Below, in pieces: positions 19,949-29,186 of a stretch of 64,000 nucleotides of DNA. Position 1 is the stretch's first letter. Every line of letters begins with the position of its first letter. Origin of the DNA: an uncultured virus (IMG/VR IMGVR_UViG_3300045240_000158). Lineage: Duplodnaviria; Heunggongvirae; Uroviricota; Caudoviricetes. Both the position numbers and the translations under genes were made by a program. Location of the stretch: the IMG/VR virus record IMGVR_UViG_3300045240_000158; one strand, written 5' to 3'. The notes beneath the pieces were generated by a model, which had not been told where the DNA came from, did not search any database, and saw only the letters and a list, made by a program, of their open reading frames with translations.

Positions 19949-20713
19949 GACTTGGTCTCCCGGAGATACTCGTCCAGGGACGCGGGTGGCGCGTAACCCT
20001 GCACCGCGTTCAGGTACTGGCGATCATGGGGCGCGTAGAACGGCCGACTGGCGCCTTCCATCTCGCGACCGCGTGCTCGTGCGGGGGCTTCCTCGTCGAA
20101 GAACTCCACGCCCTTGCCGACCCACTCGGACCCGGGCGTGCGGATGTTGTAGATGACGATCCAGCGCGGGTACTTCGGTTGCTTCGGCATTAGGCCTCCT
20201 GTTTGCTGGCGATCGCCTTTTGGTACGCCTTGGGCGCGTGCTCGAGGCCCCAGTGCTCGCGCGTCGCCCACTCGATGAACTGCGCGACGAGTTTCCCGCC
20301 CGCGCCAGTCGCGGCGTCGATAACCGTATCGATCGGCGTCACGGCGCGGATCTCAGTGCCAGTGGACGCGGTGAATTGTGCGCGCATCTGCGGCTCGTTC
20401 CACGCCCACAAGAGGAAGTCACGCCAGCCGATCGCGTTCAGATCGTCGCGCGTCACTTCTTGAACCTGTCGAAGTACGCCTTGGTTCCCACGCGCGAGCC
20501 TGCTTGCGTGGTCTCACGACCGGCGCCGCGCAGGAAGCGCTCTTGGCGCTGCTGCTGCTCTTCATCGTGGCTGCCACGCAGGCGCGCCCGCACCTCGCGC
20601 TGTTTCTCCTCGTTCGCGAGACGCTCGCGGCGCTTCTGCTCTTCGGCGTCCGCTCTGGCGGTCGACACGAGCTGCGCTGCGCGCAGTGCTTCTTGCAGTG
20701 ATGGCACGATCAA
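19945..20713 (-). other. Three small hypothetical CDS (20453-20713, 20190-20456, 19945-20190)
   Basis: Overlapping start/stop chain. Confidence 0.6.
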
Positions 20714-20725
20714 TCCCCTTCGATA

Positions 20726-21304
20726 TCAGAACGCGTCGTCCCCGAACGCATCGGCGACGATCATCGCCAGGTAGTCTTTGTCATACCCGCGCCAGTGCGA
20801 GGCCTTGTCGCCGACGTCCTCGCTTGTACCCTCGTAGACCTGGAGCACCTTCTTCAGGAGCTTGGCCCGCGGCATCTGCTTGTAGCGGAGGTACGTGGGC
20901 GCCGAGGCACTGAAATAGCCGTGGTCCGGCACGTAGAGCGTCATTACACCGGGCGTTTTCTCGGTGAGCTCCGGGCTGCCCGGCTTGGGCCTGGGCTTCT
21001 TCTCCTGGATCTTCTTGAGCGTCTTGTAGAAGCGATCGCGCACATCGGCCGGAACGTCGCCGAGGGCGGTCACGAAGGCAGCCGGCGCATCCATCGTGAG
21101 CGCTGCGTACGAGGGAATGCTGCGCTCCTCGCGAATCGACGCGACGATCTCGGCAGCGCGATCCAGCTTGTGCTCGAGGATCGCGTCCATCGCGACGTCC
21201 CAATCGGCAGAGACGTCCTGTCGTGTGGAGTGATGCCGACGAGGGGGCTTCCTTTTCAGGGCGTGGGCGATTTCCTTGTCGAGCTGGCGGGGCGTCTTCT
21301 TCAT
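20726..21304 (-). CDS. Hypothetical protein with N-terminal tag
   Basis: MKKTPRQLDKEIAHAL, GAGG RBS. Confidence 0.75.
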   Translation of the reverse strand: MKKTPRQLDKEIAHALKRKPPRRHHSTRQDVSADWDVAMDAILEHKLDRAAEIVASIREERSIPSYAALTMDAPAAFVTALGDVPADVRDRFYKTLKKIQEKKPRPKPGSPELTEKTPGVMTLYVPDHGYFSASAPTYLRYKQMPRAKLLKKVLQVYEGTSEDVGDKASHWRGYDKDYLAMIVADAFGDDAF

Positions 21305-21876
21305 CGGCTGATCCTCGCGATCGGTAGCGTACGTGCTGCTTCGTAGCATGCGATACGCTGGCCACGATCCCACACGCGGCGACAGCGTGAGCATGGGCGG
21401 TGGCAGTCGTTCCAGTCGTCGGGGCAGTGCGGCTCAAGGCGCGCAGCGATACGATCGAGCATGTAGCGCAGCCTTTTCACACGGACCTCGCACGTGGGAA
21501 GTCACGCTGGGCTCTCCGTCGGGCGCGCCAGCCGTGAAGCGCCGCGATTGCTAGTGGCGCCCACGGGTACAGGCAGCTCGCGAGCAACGCGACGATCAAG
21601 CCCCACATGCCAATGTAGGCGGCTACGAAGAACAAGAGCACGCAGAACACGATCATGATCGAGCCGATCATGCGACCCAGTCGATCACCATGTCCGTCGG
21701 CGTCGCAACGAACGATGTTTCGGTCAGTTCGATGAAGTTCGGATGCTTCTTGACTGCCGCCTCGGCTCGCTCGCGGGCCTCTTCCTCGTTGCTCGCGACC
21801 AGTACCACGCGAGCGCGGTGACGCACCTTGCGGCCTCGTTGGTCCGTGGCTCTCCAGTAGACCATCACGGTGTAGA

Positions 21877-22503
21877 TCATGTGAACCTCCGCAAAGATCC
21901 ATCGGCCGCGCGCTCGAGACGGAGCTTCTCGCCGCCGAGTGTCCGCGCTTCGACACTCTTGCCGTGGTCCCACGTCACGATCGCGGTGCCTTCGTGTGAT
22001 CCGCCGATCGTGAAGTTCGTGTACTTGATCTCGTCGCCGGGCTTCAGCGTGCGCATCTTCCGCACGGCTTCAGCGCGCTGCAAATGCGACGGTGTGATCG
22101 CCTGCATCATCGCTCGTCCACCCTCTTCGGTCTCGGGCTCGTGGCCAGCAGCACGCGCCGCCGCGGCAAGCGACGGAGCCGGGGGAGGCAGAGGACCGCG
22201 GAGGATCGCCAGGCCGTGCTCGACGACGGCACGGCCGAGTGTGGTTACCTTCCGGGGCGTGTGGAAGCCTGCGGCCGTCGTAGGGGCTGCGATCGTCTGG
22301 CCGATCTTGAGCAGACCCTTGCGACCGAGTGCGTGACGTGCCGAGCCGGACGAGAACGCAGGCGTGATGTGTCCCCGCTGCTTGAGGCCGGCGCGGATGA
22401 GCGCTTCGTTGTTGTAGTCAGCACCCAGGCGTATGCCGGCGTCATCGAGCAACGTCATCCGCTGCGACGGTGTGAGCTTCTTCCAGATCTCGGCAGGAGT
22501 CAC
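21877..22503 (-). CDS. Winged-helix-like protein
   Basis: IWKKLTPSQR..LGRKGLL..TTLGRAVVEH; GTG start. Confidence 0.6.
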   Translation of the reverse strand: MTPAEIWKKLTPSQRMTLLDDAGIRLGADYNNEALIRAGLKQRGHITPAFSSGSARHALGRKGLLKIGQTIAAPTTAAGFHTPRKVTTLGRAVVEHGLAILRGPLPPPAPSLAAAARAAGHEPETEEGGRAMMQAITPSHLQRAEAVRKMRTLKPGDEIKYTNFTIGGSHEGTAIVTWDHGKSVEARTLGGEKLRLERAADGSLRRFT

Positions 22504-22820
22504 GCTGGCACCTTCCCCGTGGCCGCGATTGCCTCGGCGATCTCGGCGTCGAGCTGCGCGGGACTCTTCTTCTCGTGCTTCGATCGCTCCCATGCGTTCA
22601 GCGCCGATTGAAGCGACATGAACGTGCGATCGGTGTGCGGCGCGAACCACTTCTCGATGCGGTGGCGGGAGCCCTTCTCGCCCAGCCACGCGTGCCCGAG
22701 GTACATGAACATGTCGCCGTCGATCGTGCGCCAGACACGAGGAGCGGTGTTACGCAGGACGATCGGGCGTGTAGAGCCTTCGGGGCCAGGTACGCGGAAG
22801 GTGCGTTGTACGAGCTTCAT
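22500..22820 (-). CDS. Hypothetical protein with C-terminal tag
   Basis: Ends EKKSPAQLDAEIAEAIAATGKVPA. Confidence 0.75.
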   Translation of the reverse strand: MKLVQRTFRVPGPEGSTRPIVLRNTAPRVWRTIDGDMFMYLGHAWLGEKGSRHRIEKWFAPHTDRTFMSLQSALNAWERSKHEKKSPAQLDAEIAEAIAATGKVPA

Positions 22821-22822
22821 GG

Positions 22823-23236
22823 TCAGCGCCCTGCCTTCGCGAGCGTCTCAGCGATCTCGGCGTCGAGCTGCGCGGGGCTTTTGCGCTGGGACAGCGGGTA
22901 CGGTGCGCGCGCCGATCCCGCGAGCATGAGGCGCTCGGCGTGCTTGACGACACTCCGACCGAGCGGCGTCAGTGCGTAATGCGCGGTGTAATCGTGGGAC
23001 ACGAGCTTGACCAGCCCGCGCTTCACGAGGGTGGATCCTTTTCCCTTGGGGGCGCGTCGGCCGCCCTCGGCAGCGATACCCGCGCGGCGCTCTGCTTCGT
23101 TGATCGCCGCTTCGTCTTCCGCGGTGTCTTCGAGAGTCCCGATAAGCTCTGCGATGTCGACCTCGGCGACGTAGATCAGGTCTGCCCGCTGCTTGGGCGT
23201 GAGCTGGTCCCAGATTTGGCCTGCCTTCGACGTCAC
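22823..23236 (-). CDS. Winged-helix-like protein with C-terminal tag
   Basis: IWDQLTPKQR..LVKRGLV..LTPLGRSVVKH..RKSPAQLDAEIAETLA. Confidence 0.7.
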   Translation of the reverse strand: MTSKAGQIWDQLTPKQRADLIYVAEVDIAELIGTLEDTAEDEAAINEAERRAGIAAEGGRRAPKGKGSTLVKRGLVKLVSHDYTAHYALTPLGRSVVKHAERLMLAGSARAPYPLSQRKSPAQLDAEIAETLAKAGR

Positions 23237-23601
23237 GGGGCACTTTTCTTCATGAGGGCCTCGGTGATCTCGGCGTCGAGCTGCGCGGGCGTCTTCTTCT
23301 CTTCGGCGGTCTCCAGCGAGTACCCGTAGCGCTCGGGATGCTCGGTCGTATCGACGAGCGTGTGCTCCGGGCGCTCCGCGTACTGCTTGTTGAAGCGGTC
23401 GAGCCACTTGAGCGCAAGTCGCACGGCCTCCTCTTTCGTCGCGACGATCTTGCCCCGATACATCTCCGTCGAGGTGCCGCGTGTCCACCAGCTCGCGCGC
23501 CAGCGAGAGGGGCGTGTGTCCTGGTAGGTGAACGGATCCGCGCCGGCTGGCTTGCGGTGACCGACGGGTTGGACGCTGAGGAAGACGCGCGCGGGCTTCA
23601 T
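23233..23601 (-). CDS. Hypothetical protein with C-terminal tag
   Basis: Ends EKKTPAQLDAEITEALMKKSAP. Confidence 0.75.
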   Translation of the reverse strand: MKPARVFLSVQPVGHRKPAGADPFTYQDTRPSRWRASWWTRGTSTEMYRGKIVATKEEAVRLALKWLDRFNKQYAERPEHTLVDTTEHPERYGYSLETAEEKKTPAQLDAEITEALMKKSAP

Positions 23602-24533
23602 GTGATCTTCCGATTATCGCCCGCGATCGCCCGCCGATCCCGCATGAAGCGCACGTACCCCGTGTTCGTGTTCTCGTAGAGGCACGGCCAGGCGGCATGG
23701 ACCTCCTCGAAGCTCGCCGGCATCATCCGCGCGACCACCCTCCTCCGGTCGTCCTTCGCGTGCGACAGGCCGCAGTCCGGGCAGATCTCGGGCATCTGCG
23801 CGCTGGCCGCGACCTCGCGGCGTACCTCGTCGAGCAAACGCAGGACGCGGGCTTCGGTCTTCGCGAGCACGTTTGGCTTGATCTGGAGCGCGGGCGCTTT
23901 GCGGCCGAGGCGCTGGGCGATCTCGGTTTTGGTGAGTCCCATGGTGCGCATCTGGGCGATTGCACGGTGGGTTCGTTGGCCGTCAACGATCGCGTGATCG
24001 GCGATCGCCTCGTGATCGACTGCCAAGATACGGCGCTCGGTCTCGACGCGGATCCGCGGGTACCTGCCCTTCTTGATCTCGTGCAGCATCGCGCCGGACA
24101 CGTCGCAGGCGTCTTGCACAGCCTGCTTTCCGACGCCAGCCCGAGCGAGCTTCTTGAGGTGCGCTCGCGCGCGCTTGCTCGACACGAGTCCTGCGTAGGC
24201 CAGGCCGATGCGGCATTTGCCGCAGATGTCCCCCGTCGAGTCCTTGCGCAGGTGCGACCTCGTCGGGCAGGGGAAGCCATCGATCCCCGCGCAGAGCCGC
24301 TTGTAGACACGGACCTTCTTCGATCCGTCAGGGGCGGTCCAGATCTGTGGCGCAGGTACCGCGGGGGCACCAGTCGCCGCTTCGAGGGCTTTCGCCTTCG
24401 CGCGCGCGGCGCTGTCTCGCGCGAATTGGGTGTTTGCGGCGCGGCAGGCATCGCAGCGGCACTTCGCACCGACGTAGCGGGCGCGGGTGCCGTGCGGGTA
24501 CGACTCGGGATCGGGGAGGTCGGCGGGTTTCAC
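23598..24533 (-). CDS. Zn-binding/HTH phage DNA-binding protein
   Basis: HGTRARYVGAKCRCDACR, further CxxC pairs, GLTKTEIAQRLG. Confidence 0.7.
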   Translation of the reverse strand: MKPADLPDPESYPHGTRARYVGAKCRCDACRAANTQFARDSAARAKAKALEAATGAPAVPAPQIWTAPDGSKKVRVYKRLCAGIDGFPCPTRSHLRKDSTGDICGKCRIGLAYAGLVSSKRARAHLKKLARAGVGKQAVQDACDVSGAMLHEIKKGRYPRIRVETERRILAVDHEAIADHAIVDGQRTHRAIAQMRTMGLTKTEIAQRLGRKAPALQIKPNVLAKTEARVLRLLDEVRREVAASAQMPEICPDCGLSHAKDDRRRVVARMMPASFEEVHAAWPCLYENTNTGYVRFMRDRRAIAGDNRKIT

Positions 24534-24547
24534 GGGAGCATCTATCC

Positions 24548-24928
24548 TCAGAAGCCGTGGGCCCAGTAGCCCTCACTGTAGAGGCGCACGCGCCCATCCG
24601 GCAAGGTCCGCCGATCATCGACGATCGACCCATGAAAGGTCATCGCTTCGGCCACGTCGTCCGCGATCTCCGCGGAGACCTCTGCGGCGCACGGCCCCTT
24701 CCAGTGCGTCTCGTTCTTGGGACCGAACGGCAGGGGCCTGACGTGCGTGCTGAAGAGCTGGCGCAGGACCTCGCCGCGGCTCACACTCGGCAGGTCCGCG
24801 GGGATGACCAGGGTGATCGGCGGCTTGCCCGGTTCGGAGATCACGACGTCGTTGGTCGGGTAGGCGGTCTTGCGCCCGCGCGATCGGCGGATGGAGCGGC
24901 TGGTCTTCACGCTGTGCAGGTAGTACAC
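24548..24928 (-). CDS. Hypothetical protein
   Basis: 126-aa ORF downstream of a palindromic box. Confidence 0.6.
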   Translation of the reverse strand: MYYLHSVKTSRSIRRSRGRKTAYPTNDVVISEPGKPPITLVIPADLPSVSRGEVLRQLFSTHVRPLPFGPKNETHWKGPCAAEVSAEIADDVAEAMTFHGSIVDDRRTLPDGRVRLYSEGYWAHGF

Positions 24929-24975
24929 GCGACGTGCCGCGAGGAGAAGCCTCTAAGTGCCTGGTCCGACGGCCT

Positions 24976-24991
24976 GGGTACGACAATACCC
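24976..24991. promoter_or_regulatory. GGGTA-N6-TACCC box
   Basis: GGGTA-CGACAA-TACCC, intergenic. Confidence 0.6.
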
Positions 24992-25029
24992 GTCGCTGGG
25001 CGGTCACGGCGCTGTGCCCGCGAGGCACG

Positions 25030-25818
25030 TCACCGCGTGAAGATGCGCGCCTCGCCGATCGCGAGCTTCTGCTCCTGCGTCAGGTTATCGACCAGGCCGC
25101 ACTTGTTGCATGACATGCCGACGATCGCGCGAGTGACCTCTTCGGCGGTCGAGTGCACGTTGCCGACAACGAAGCAGTTCGAGGTCTCACCGGCGACGAT
25201 CGTCCCGTCTGCCGAGATACTCGGCGAGCAGTGGCCCGACATCCCGACTGCGGCCCGTGCTCGCAGCATGACCAGCGCTTCGCGCACGTCGCCGAATGAT
25301 CGGGTCAACGATCGGACGTTGAACGACGTGGGGCCTTTGCGAACTGGCGGAGACGCGGGCAGCCGCGATCGCTTGAGCCGGCCGAGCGTGACGAGCACGG
25401 TCAGCTGCGGCACGAACACGACGCGCGTGTCGTCGGTGGGCACGTTTTTGGGAGCCTTGGGGTAAAACCTCGGGTCGTTGGTCACCTGAACCATCAGGTC
25501 CGGCCAGTCCGGCCGAAGGATCTTCGCGCGAAGCTCGGGGTCGTCAAGCCACATGCCGTTCGTGATCAGGATGACCTTGTGGCCGGTCGCGCGCGCGGTC
25601 TCCAGGAACCAGACGACTTCGGGATGCTCGGTAGCTTCGCCGCCGCTGAGGAGGAGCATCTTCGGGATCCCGCGTGACCACGCGAGGCCCTCGAGCCGCG
25701 CGGTGAGTCCGAGCGCGGCAGTGAACGTCTCGCGCGTCATGTGCTGGCCGGCGACGGTTGAGTCCTCCATGCAGTGCCGGCATGACATGGAGCAGTAGTT
25801 TGTGATCTTGATCAGCAT
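25030..25818 (-). CDS. Radical SAM protein with SPASM/twitch-like tail
   Basis: CSMSCRHC (CX3CX2C), SGGE, ITNG, C-terminal Cys cluster. Confidence 0.9.
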   Translation of the reverse strand: MLIKITNYCSMSCRHCMEDSTVAGQHMTRETFTAALGLTARLEGLAWSRGIPKMLLLSGGEATEHPEVVWFLETARATGHKVILITNGMWLDDPELRAKILRPDWPDLMVQVTNDPRFYPKAPKNVPTDDTRVVFVPQLTVLVTLGRLKRSRLPASPPVRKGPTSFNVRSLTRSFGDVREALVMLRARAAVGMSGHCSPSISADGTIVAGETSNCFVVGNVHSTAEEVTRAIVGMSCNKCGLVDNLTQEQKLAIGEARIFTR

Positions 25819-25853
25819 TTAGCAATCGCACAGCCAGCGCGGTGGCTTTGTTG

Positions 25854-26507
25854 TCACGAGTTGATCAGCCTCTCCGCATCGTCGGGGGCGTAGCGTGCCT
25901 TCACTTTGTCGACCCAGCCGCGGGTCTTGGCCTTCGCCATCACGAGGTCGTGCGTCTTGCCGTGGCCTCCCTTGCCGACGACCCCCTCGAAGGTGATCCC
26001 TTCGACGTCGCCGTTCCAGACGCGCTCCACGAAGCCGCGCGTCCAGTTGAGGCGCCCGAGGAACTTAGCCATGGGCAGGCCCTCGAACAGCTTCAAGTAC
26101 TCTGCCGGCCCGAGCAGGCCGTGCTTGTACGGGGCGACGTCGATCAGGTCGACGTGCATCTGATCGTCTGGATCGAGTGGCTGGTTCTGCGCGTCGTGGT
26201 GGCAGCCTGCGAAGCTTTGCGGACCCCAGTGCTCGGCGAATACGATGACGCTCTCCCAGCGCTGATCGAAGGCGATCTTCGCGAGGGGCTCTGCGAGCGT
26301 CGCCATGAAGATCTTGATCGATCGTCCGAACTGCCAGTCGTTCGTGTCGAAGAGGCGCGTCCGGGTGCCGAACTTCGTCCACTGCTTACGCTTGCGACTC
26401 CACTCGAAGCGAAGGTTCGAGCCGTCGAGCTTGTCGAAGATGTAGGCGCCTGGGATCTCCTGGAACGTCATCCCCGTGCTACGTGGGATCGATGGGTATG
26501 CTTTCAC
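25854..26507 (-). CDS. RNA-ligase-like nucleotidyltransferase (Rnl2-type adenylation domain)
   Basis: Motif I KLDGSN, motif IV EGVVGK, motif V AKAKT. Confidence 0.8.
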   Translation of the reverse strand: MKAYPSIPRSTGMTFQEIPGAYIFDKLDGSNLRFEWSRKRKQWTKFGTRTRLFDTNDWQFGRSIKIFMATLAEPLAKIAFDQRWESVIVFAEHWGPQSFAGCHHDAQNQPLDPDDQMHVDLIDVAPYKHGLLGPAEYLKLFEGLPMAKFLGRLNWTRGFVERVWNGDVEGITFEGVVGKGGHGKTHDLVMAKAKTRGWVDKVKARYAPDDAERLINS

Positions 26508-26824
26508 GGCAACACTTTCCTGCGCACGTAGCCGTCTGAGGTCCGGTGCACGGCGCCGAGGCTAACGAGCCAGGCGATCGCGCGATCGATGCGTCGACGA
26601 TCGACGCTTCCCCACTCGGCCTCCACAGCCTGGTGAAGCGCGGACGTCCAGCGTGGTGTGAGGCGCCCGATCTTGGACAGCACCAGCTCGCGAAACGCTG
26701 CCAGCCCCTCCGCGGTCGGCGTCTGCGGTGGCTGCCACGGCCTGCCTGCGCGACGGCGCTCTTGACGTGCCTCATAGGCAGATCGAAACAGCGCAGCGGA
26801 TTCGGAGGCGCTTGCAGCTTTCAC
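26504..26824 (-). CDS. Small winged-helix-like protein
   Basis: RRIDRAIAWLVSLGAVHRTSDGYVR. Confidence 0.55.
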   Translation of the reverse strand: MKAASASESAALFRSAYEARQERRRAGRPWQPPQTPTAEGLAAFRELVLSKIGRLTPRWTSALHQAVEAEWGSVDRRRIDRAIAWLVSLGAVHRTSDGYVRRKVLP

Positions 26825-26854
26825 AGTGACACGCTCCCCGACTCGGGGGAACCT

Positions 26855-27238
26855 TCAGTTCTTCTTCGAGCGCTTGCCCTCGGAGAAATAGGTCGTGGAC
26901 CTCTTCTTCCCCTTGGTCTTCACCGTGCCGTCGGCGGTCAGCTTGCGGATCGGCAGCGCGAGGTCCTTGGTCGTCGTGCCGAGCTGCGCGTTGATCTGCT
27001 CGATGCGCAGGCCGGGGTTCTTGTGCACGAACTCGACGAATTGGTCGGCGATCGCCTCCAGCTCGCTGGGGTCGCGCTTGGCGCCCTTGGCGCGGCTGGA
27101 TTTGCCGCTGCTGTGGCCGTTGAGCGCGCGGCCGTTACCGCCGCCGAGCGCGTCGGCGACGACGTTTCGATACAGGTCGCCGAGCTGGCCGACGAATTGT
27201 TCCACGAGCTTCTGCATTTCATTCTGATAGTTGGTCAT
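26855..27238 (-). CDS. Basic nucleoid-like DNA-binding protein (wHTH C-terminus)
   Basis: KRDP..NPGLRIEQINAQLG..LPIRKL..KGKKRSTTYF; GGAGA RBS. Confidence 0.8.
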   Translation of the reverse strand: MTNYQNEMQKLVEQFVGQLGDLYRNVVADALGGGNGRALNGHSSGKSSRAKGAKRDPSELEAIADQFVEFVHKNPGLRIEQINAQLGTTTKDLALPIRKLTADGTVKTKGKKRSTTYFSEGKRSKKN

Positions 27239-27285
27239 TGCGTGATCTTCTCCGTTGCACAGTCCATCACGACTGGATTGCGGCT

Positions 27286-27807
27286 TCAAGCGCCAAAGTC
27301 AAGAAACTTGCTATCAGCATGGTGGCGTATTGCTATTTTCGCAGAGGCGTAGAACTTCGTGTCGACCTCGCAGGCTTTGCGCGTGAGCAATATTTCCAGC
27401 CCCCAAAGCGTGGTCGGCAGACGTCGGATCCGATGCTCTCGTAGCAGCTGGCCGACTGCGCGCTTGCACCAGCGCTCGTGCGAGCAGTCGAGCGTGTCCT
27501 CGTCCGTGTACTCGATCTCCTCATCGGCGAGCTTCACGTGACCACTTCGACGAAGCATCCGCTGCGAGATCGAGATCGCCGCGATCTCTTTCGCGATCGC
27601 GTACTGATAACGCGGCGAGGATCGAGAATTGATGTCGAGGCCGAACTGGTACGCGCGGCACTCGCGTCGTGTCGCGATGAGGAAGTGCCCGATCTCGTGA
27701 GCAGGCCACCACGATCGCGCGCCGTATCTGTAGAGCCGATCGTCGGCCGCTGCGTTGGGGATGAATCGGTAAGCGAGGTCCCGGATCTGGGCAAGGCTCA
27801 GCGTCAT
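27286..27807 (-). CDS. HEXXH zincin-motif protein
   Basis: AHEIGHF plus downstream Glu (KEIAA). Confidence 0.6.
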   Translation of the reverse strand: MTLSLAQIRDLAYRFIPNAAADDRLYRYGARSWWPAHEIGHFLIATRRECRAYQFGLDINSRSSPRYQYAIAKEIAAISISQRMLRRSGHVKLADEEIEYTDEDTLDCSHERWCKRAVGQLLREHRIRRLPTTLWGLEILLTRKACEVDTKFYASAKIAIRHHADSKFLDFGA

Positions 27808-28424
27808 CGCCGCGCGCCTTCCTCCGCGATCACCCATGGTGGCGAGAGGCGTCTCTCCAGCGCCTTGAGCGTGGCCGAGTCGAGGTCGGCGACACGCTCG
27901 GGGCGGAGGTCCTGGACCGGCTCGGTGATGACCTCGCGCTGCGTGCGCAGCGACCATTCGATCTGCCGCCTGCCCTCCTCGCCCATGACCGGATGAACGC
28001 GTGCGAGCGGAGCCAGTCCTCCGAAGAGGGCGGCCCACGTGTGGTGGAACAGCACTCTCGACCGGGGTCCGGTAATCATCGCGATGTGGCCCCGCAGCTT
28101 CGGGTTGCTCTGCGCGAGGGGCTCGCTGACGGCCGACCGCGGGCATGCGAACCACAGGGCAACGTCGCGATCTTCGCTCCACGACAGGAACGTGAGCTTG
28201 GGATCGGCGACGAACGACACGGCGGGATCGAGCAGCATGCCCCGGAAGAGCGGAACGGGCGTGATCGGATGCTTCGCGGTGATCTGATCGGCGACGCGAC
28301 GTACCGCGTCGCCCGCGAAGCCCATGATCGTGTCGGCCTCGCCGAGCTTGCCGTAGATCGCGTGCAGGACGAAGTTGATGTAGAGGTCGACGTCAGTGTC
28401 ATTCACGCGCTGGACTCCATTCAC
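27804..28424 (-). CDS. Putative R-S-E ADP-ribosyltransferase
   Basis: LFRG, FLSWSEDRDVALWFA, TQREVI. Confidence 0.65.
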   Translation of the reverse strand: MNGVQRVNDTDVDLYINFVLHAIYGKLGEADTIMGFAGDAVRRVADQITAKHPITPVPLFRGMLLDPAVSFVADPKLTFLSWSEDRDVALWFACPRSAVSEPLAQSNPKLRGHIAMITGPRSRVLFHHTWAALFGGLAPLARVHPVMGEEGRRQIEWSLRTQREVITEPVQDLRPERVADLDSATLKALERRLSPPWVIAEEGARR

Positions 28425-28586
28425 GCACGATCACCTGCGCGCTGTGCCGGGCGTGGCGTCCACGCTCGGTCGTGAGCAGCTGAAACGCCTCGTCCGGCGT
28501 CATGCCGCCCTGGTCGACCAGCTCGTGGGAAGCCACCACGATACGGTTGGCAGCACCCACGATGATCCACTCGAAGATGGCGGCGA

Positions 28587-29186
28587 TCACGTCAACGGCT
28601 CGCTTGCGGGGCTGAGCATGAAGTACCAGCGCCGCGTGAGGTAGGGCAGCTTGGAGCGCGGGCAGATCAGGACCCCGTCTTGCTCGGCGATCTCGACGAG
28701 GCAGTCGAGGGATCGATGCTCGAGCCACGCGTCGCGCAGGACGTCGGTGATCGGCACCTCGTCAGGGGTCGTGGTCCATTCGAGCCGTTCACGCGCGCGC
28801 TCGCTGATCTGTTCGAGCACGAGCTTCGGATCGCGGGCGCAGTAGATGGGGGCTGTAACGCTGAGGGCTCCCATTGGGTGAAACCCTGCGTCGAAGGTGG
28901 ATTCCCATCCGATGAAACCGCCGTGCTTGAGACGGGCGAGACCCGCGACGCCCGCATGACTGACGATCTTCCGCTTACGATAGTTTTCGGTCACGGCGAT
29001 CACGCGATCGACGTTCGTGACCTTGTTCGTGTGATAGGGGATGAGCGCGCGAACATCATCCAGGGTGCTGATCAGCCCATCCCAGGCGTCGTCACGGTGC
29101 CAGGGCGCCTCGTAGATCTCGGCTGGATCGATCCACACAGGGCCGTGATCGAGCTGGTAGATACCAGCGACGTCGAGCGTCGTCAT
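28587..29186 (-). CDS. Hypothetical protein
   Basis: ATGA overlap with the ATPase gene. Confidence 0.7.
   Translation of the reverse strand: MTTLDVAGIYQLDHGPVWIDPAEIYEAPWHRDDAWDGLISTLDDVRALIPYHTNKVTNVDRVIAVTENYRKRKIVSHAGVAGLARLKHGGFIGWESTFDAGFHPMGALSVTAPIYCARDPKLVLEQISERARERLEWTTTPDEVPITDVLRDAWLEHRSLDCLVEIAEQDGVLICPRSKLPYLTRRWYFMLSPASEPLT

Noticed and set aside
26836..26848. Hairpin CCCCGA-C-TCGGGG as a terminator
   Set aside because: Minimal loop and no U-tract on the coding strand; insufficient support
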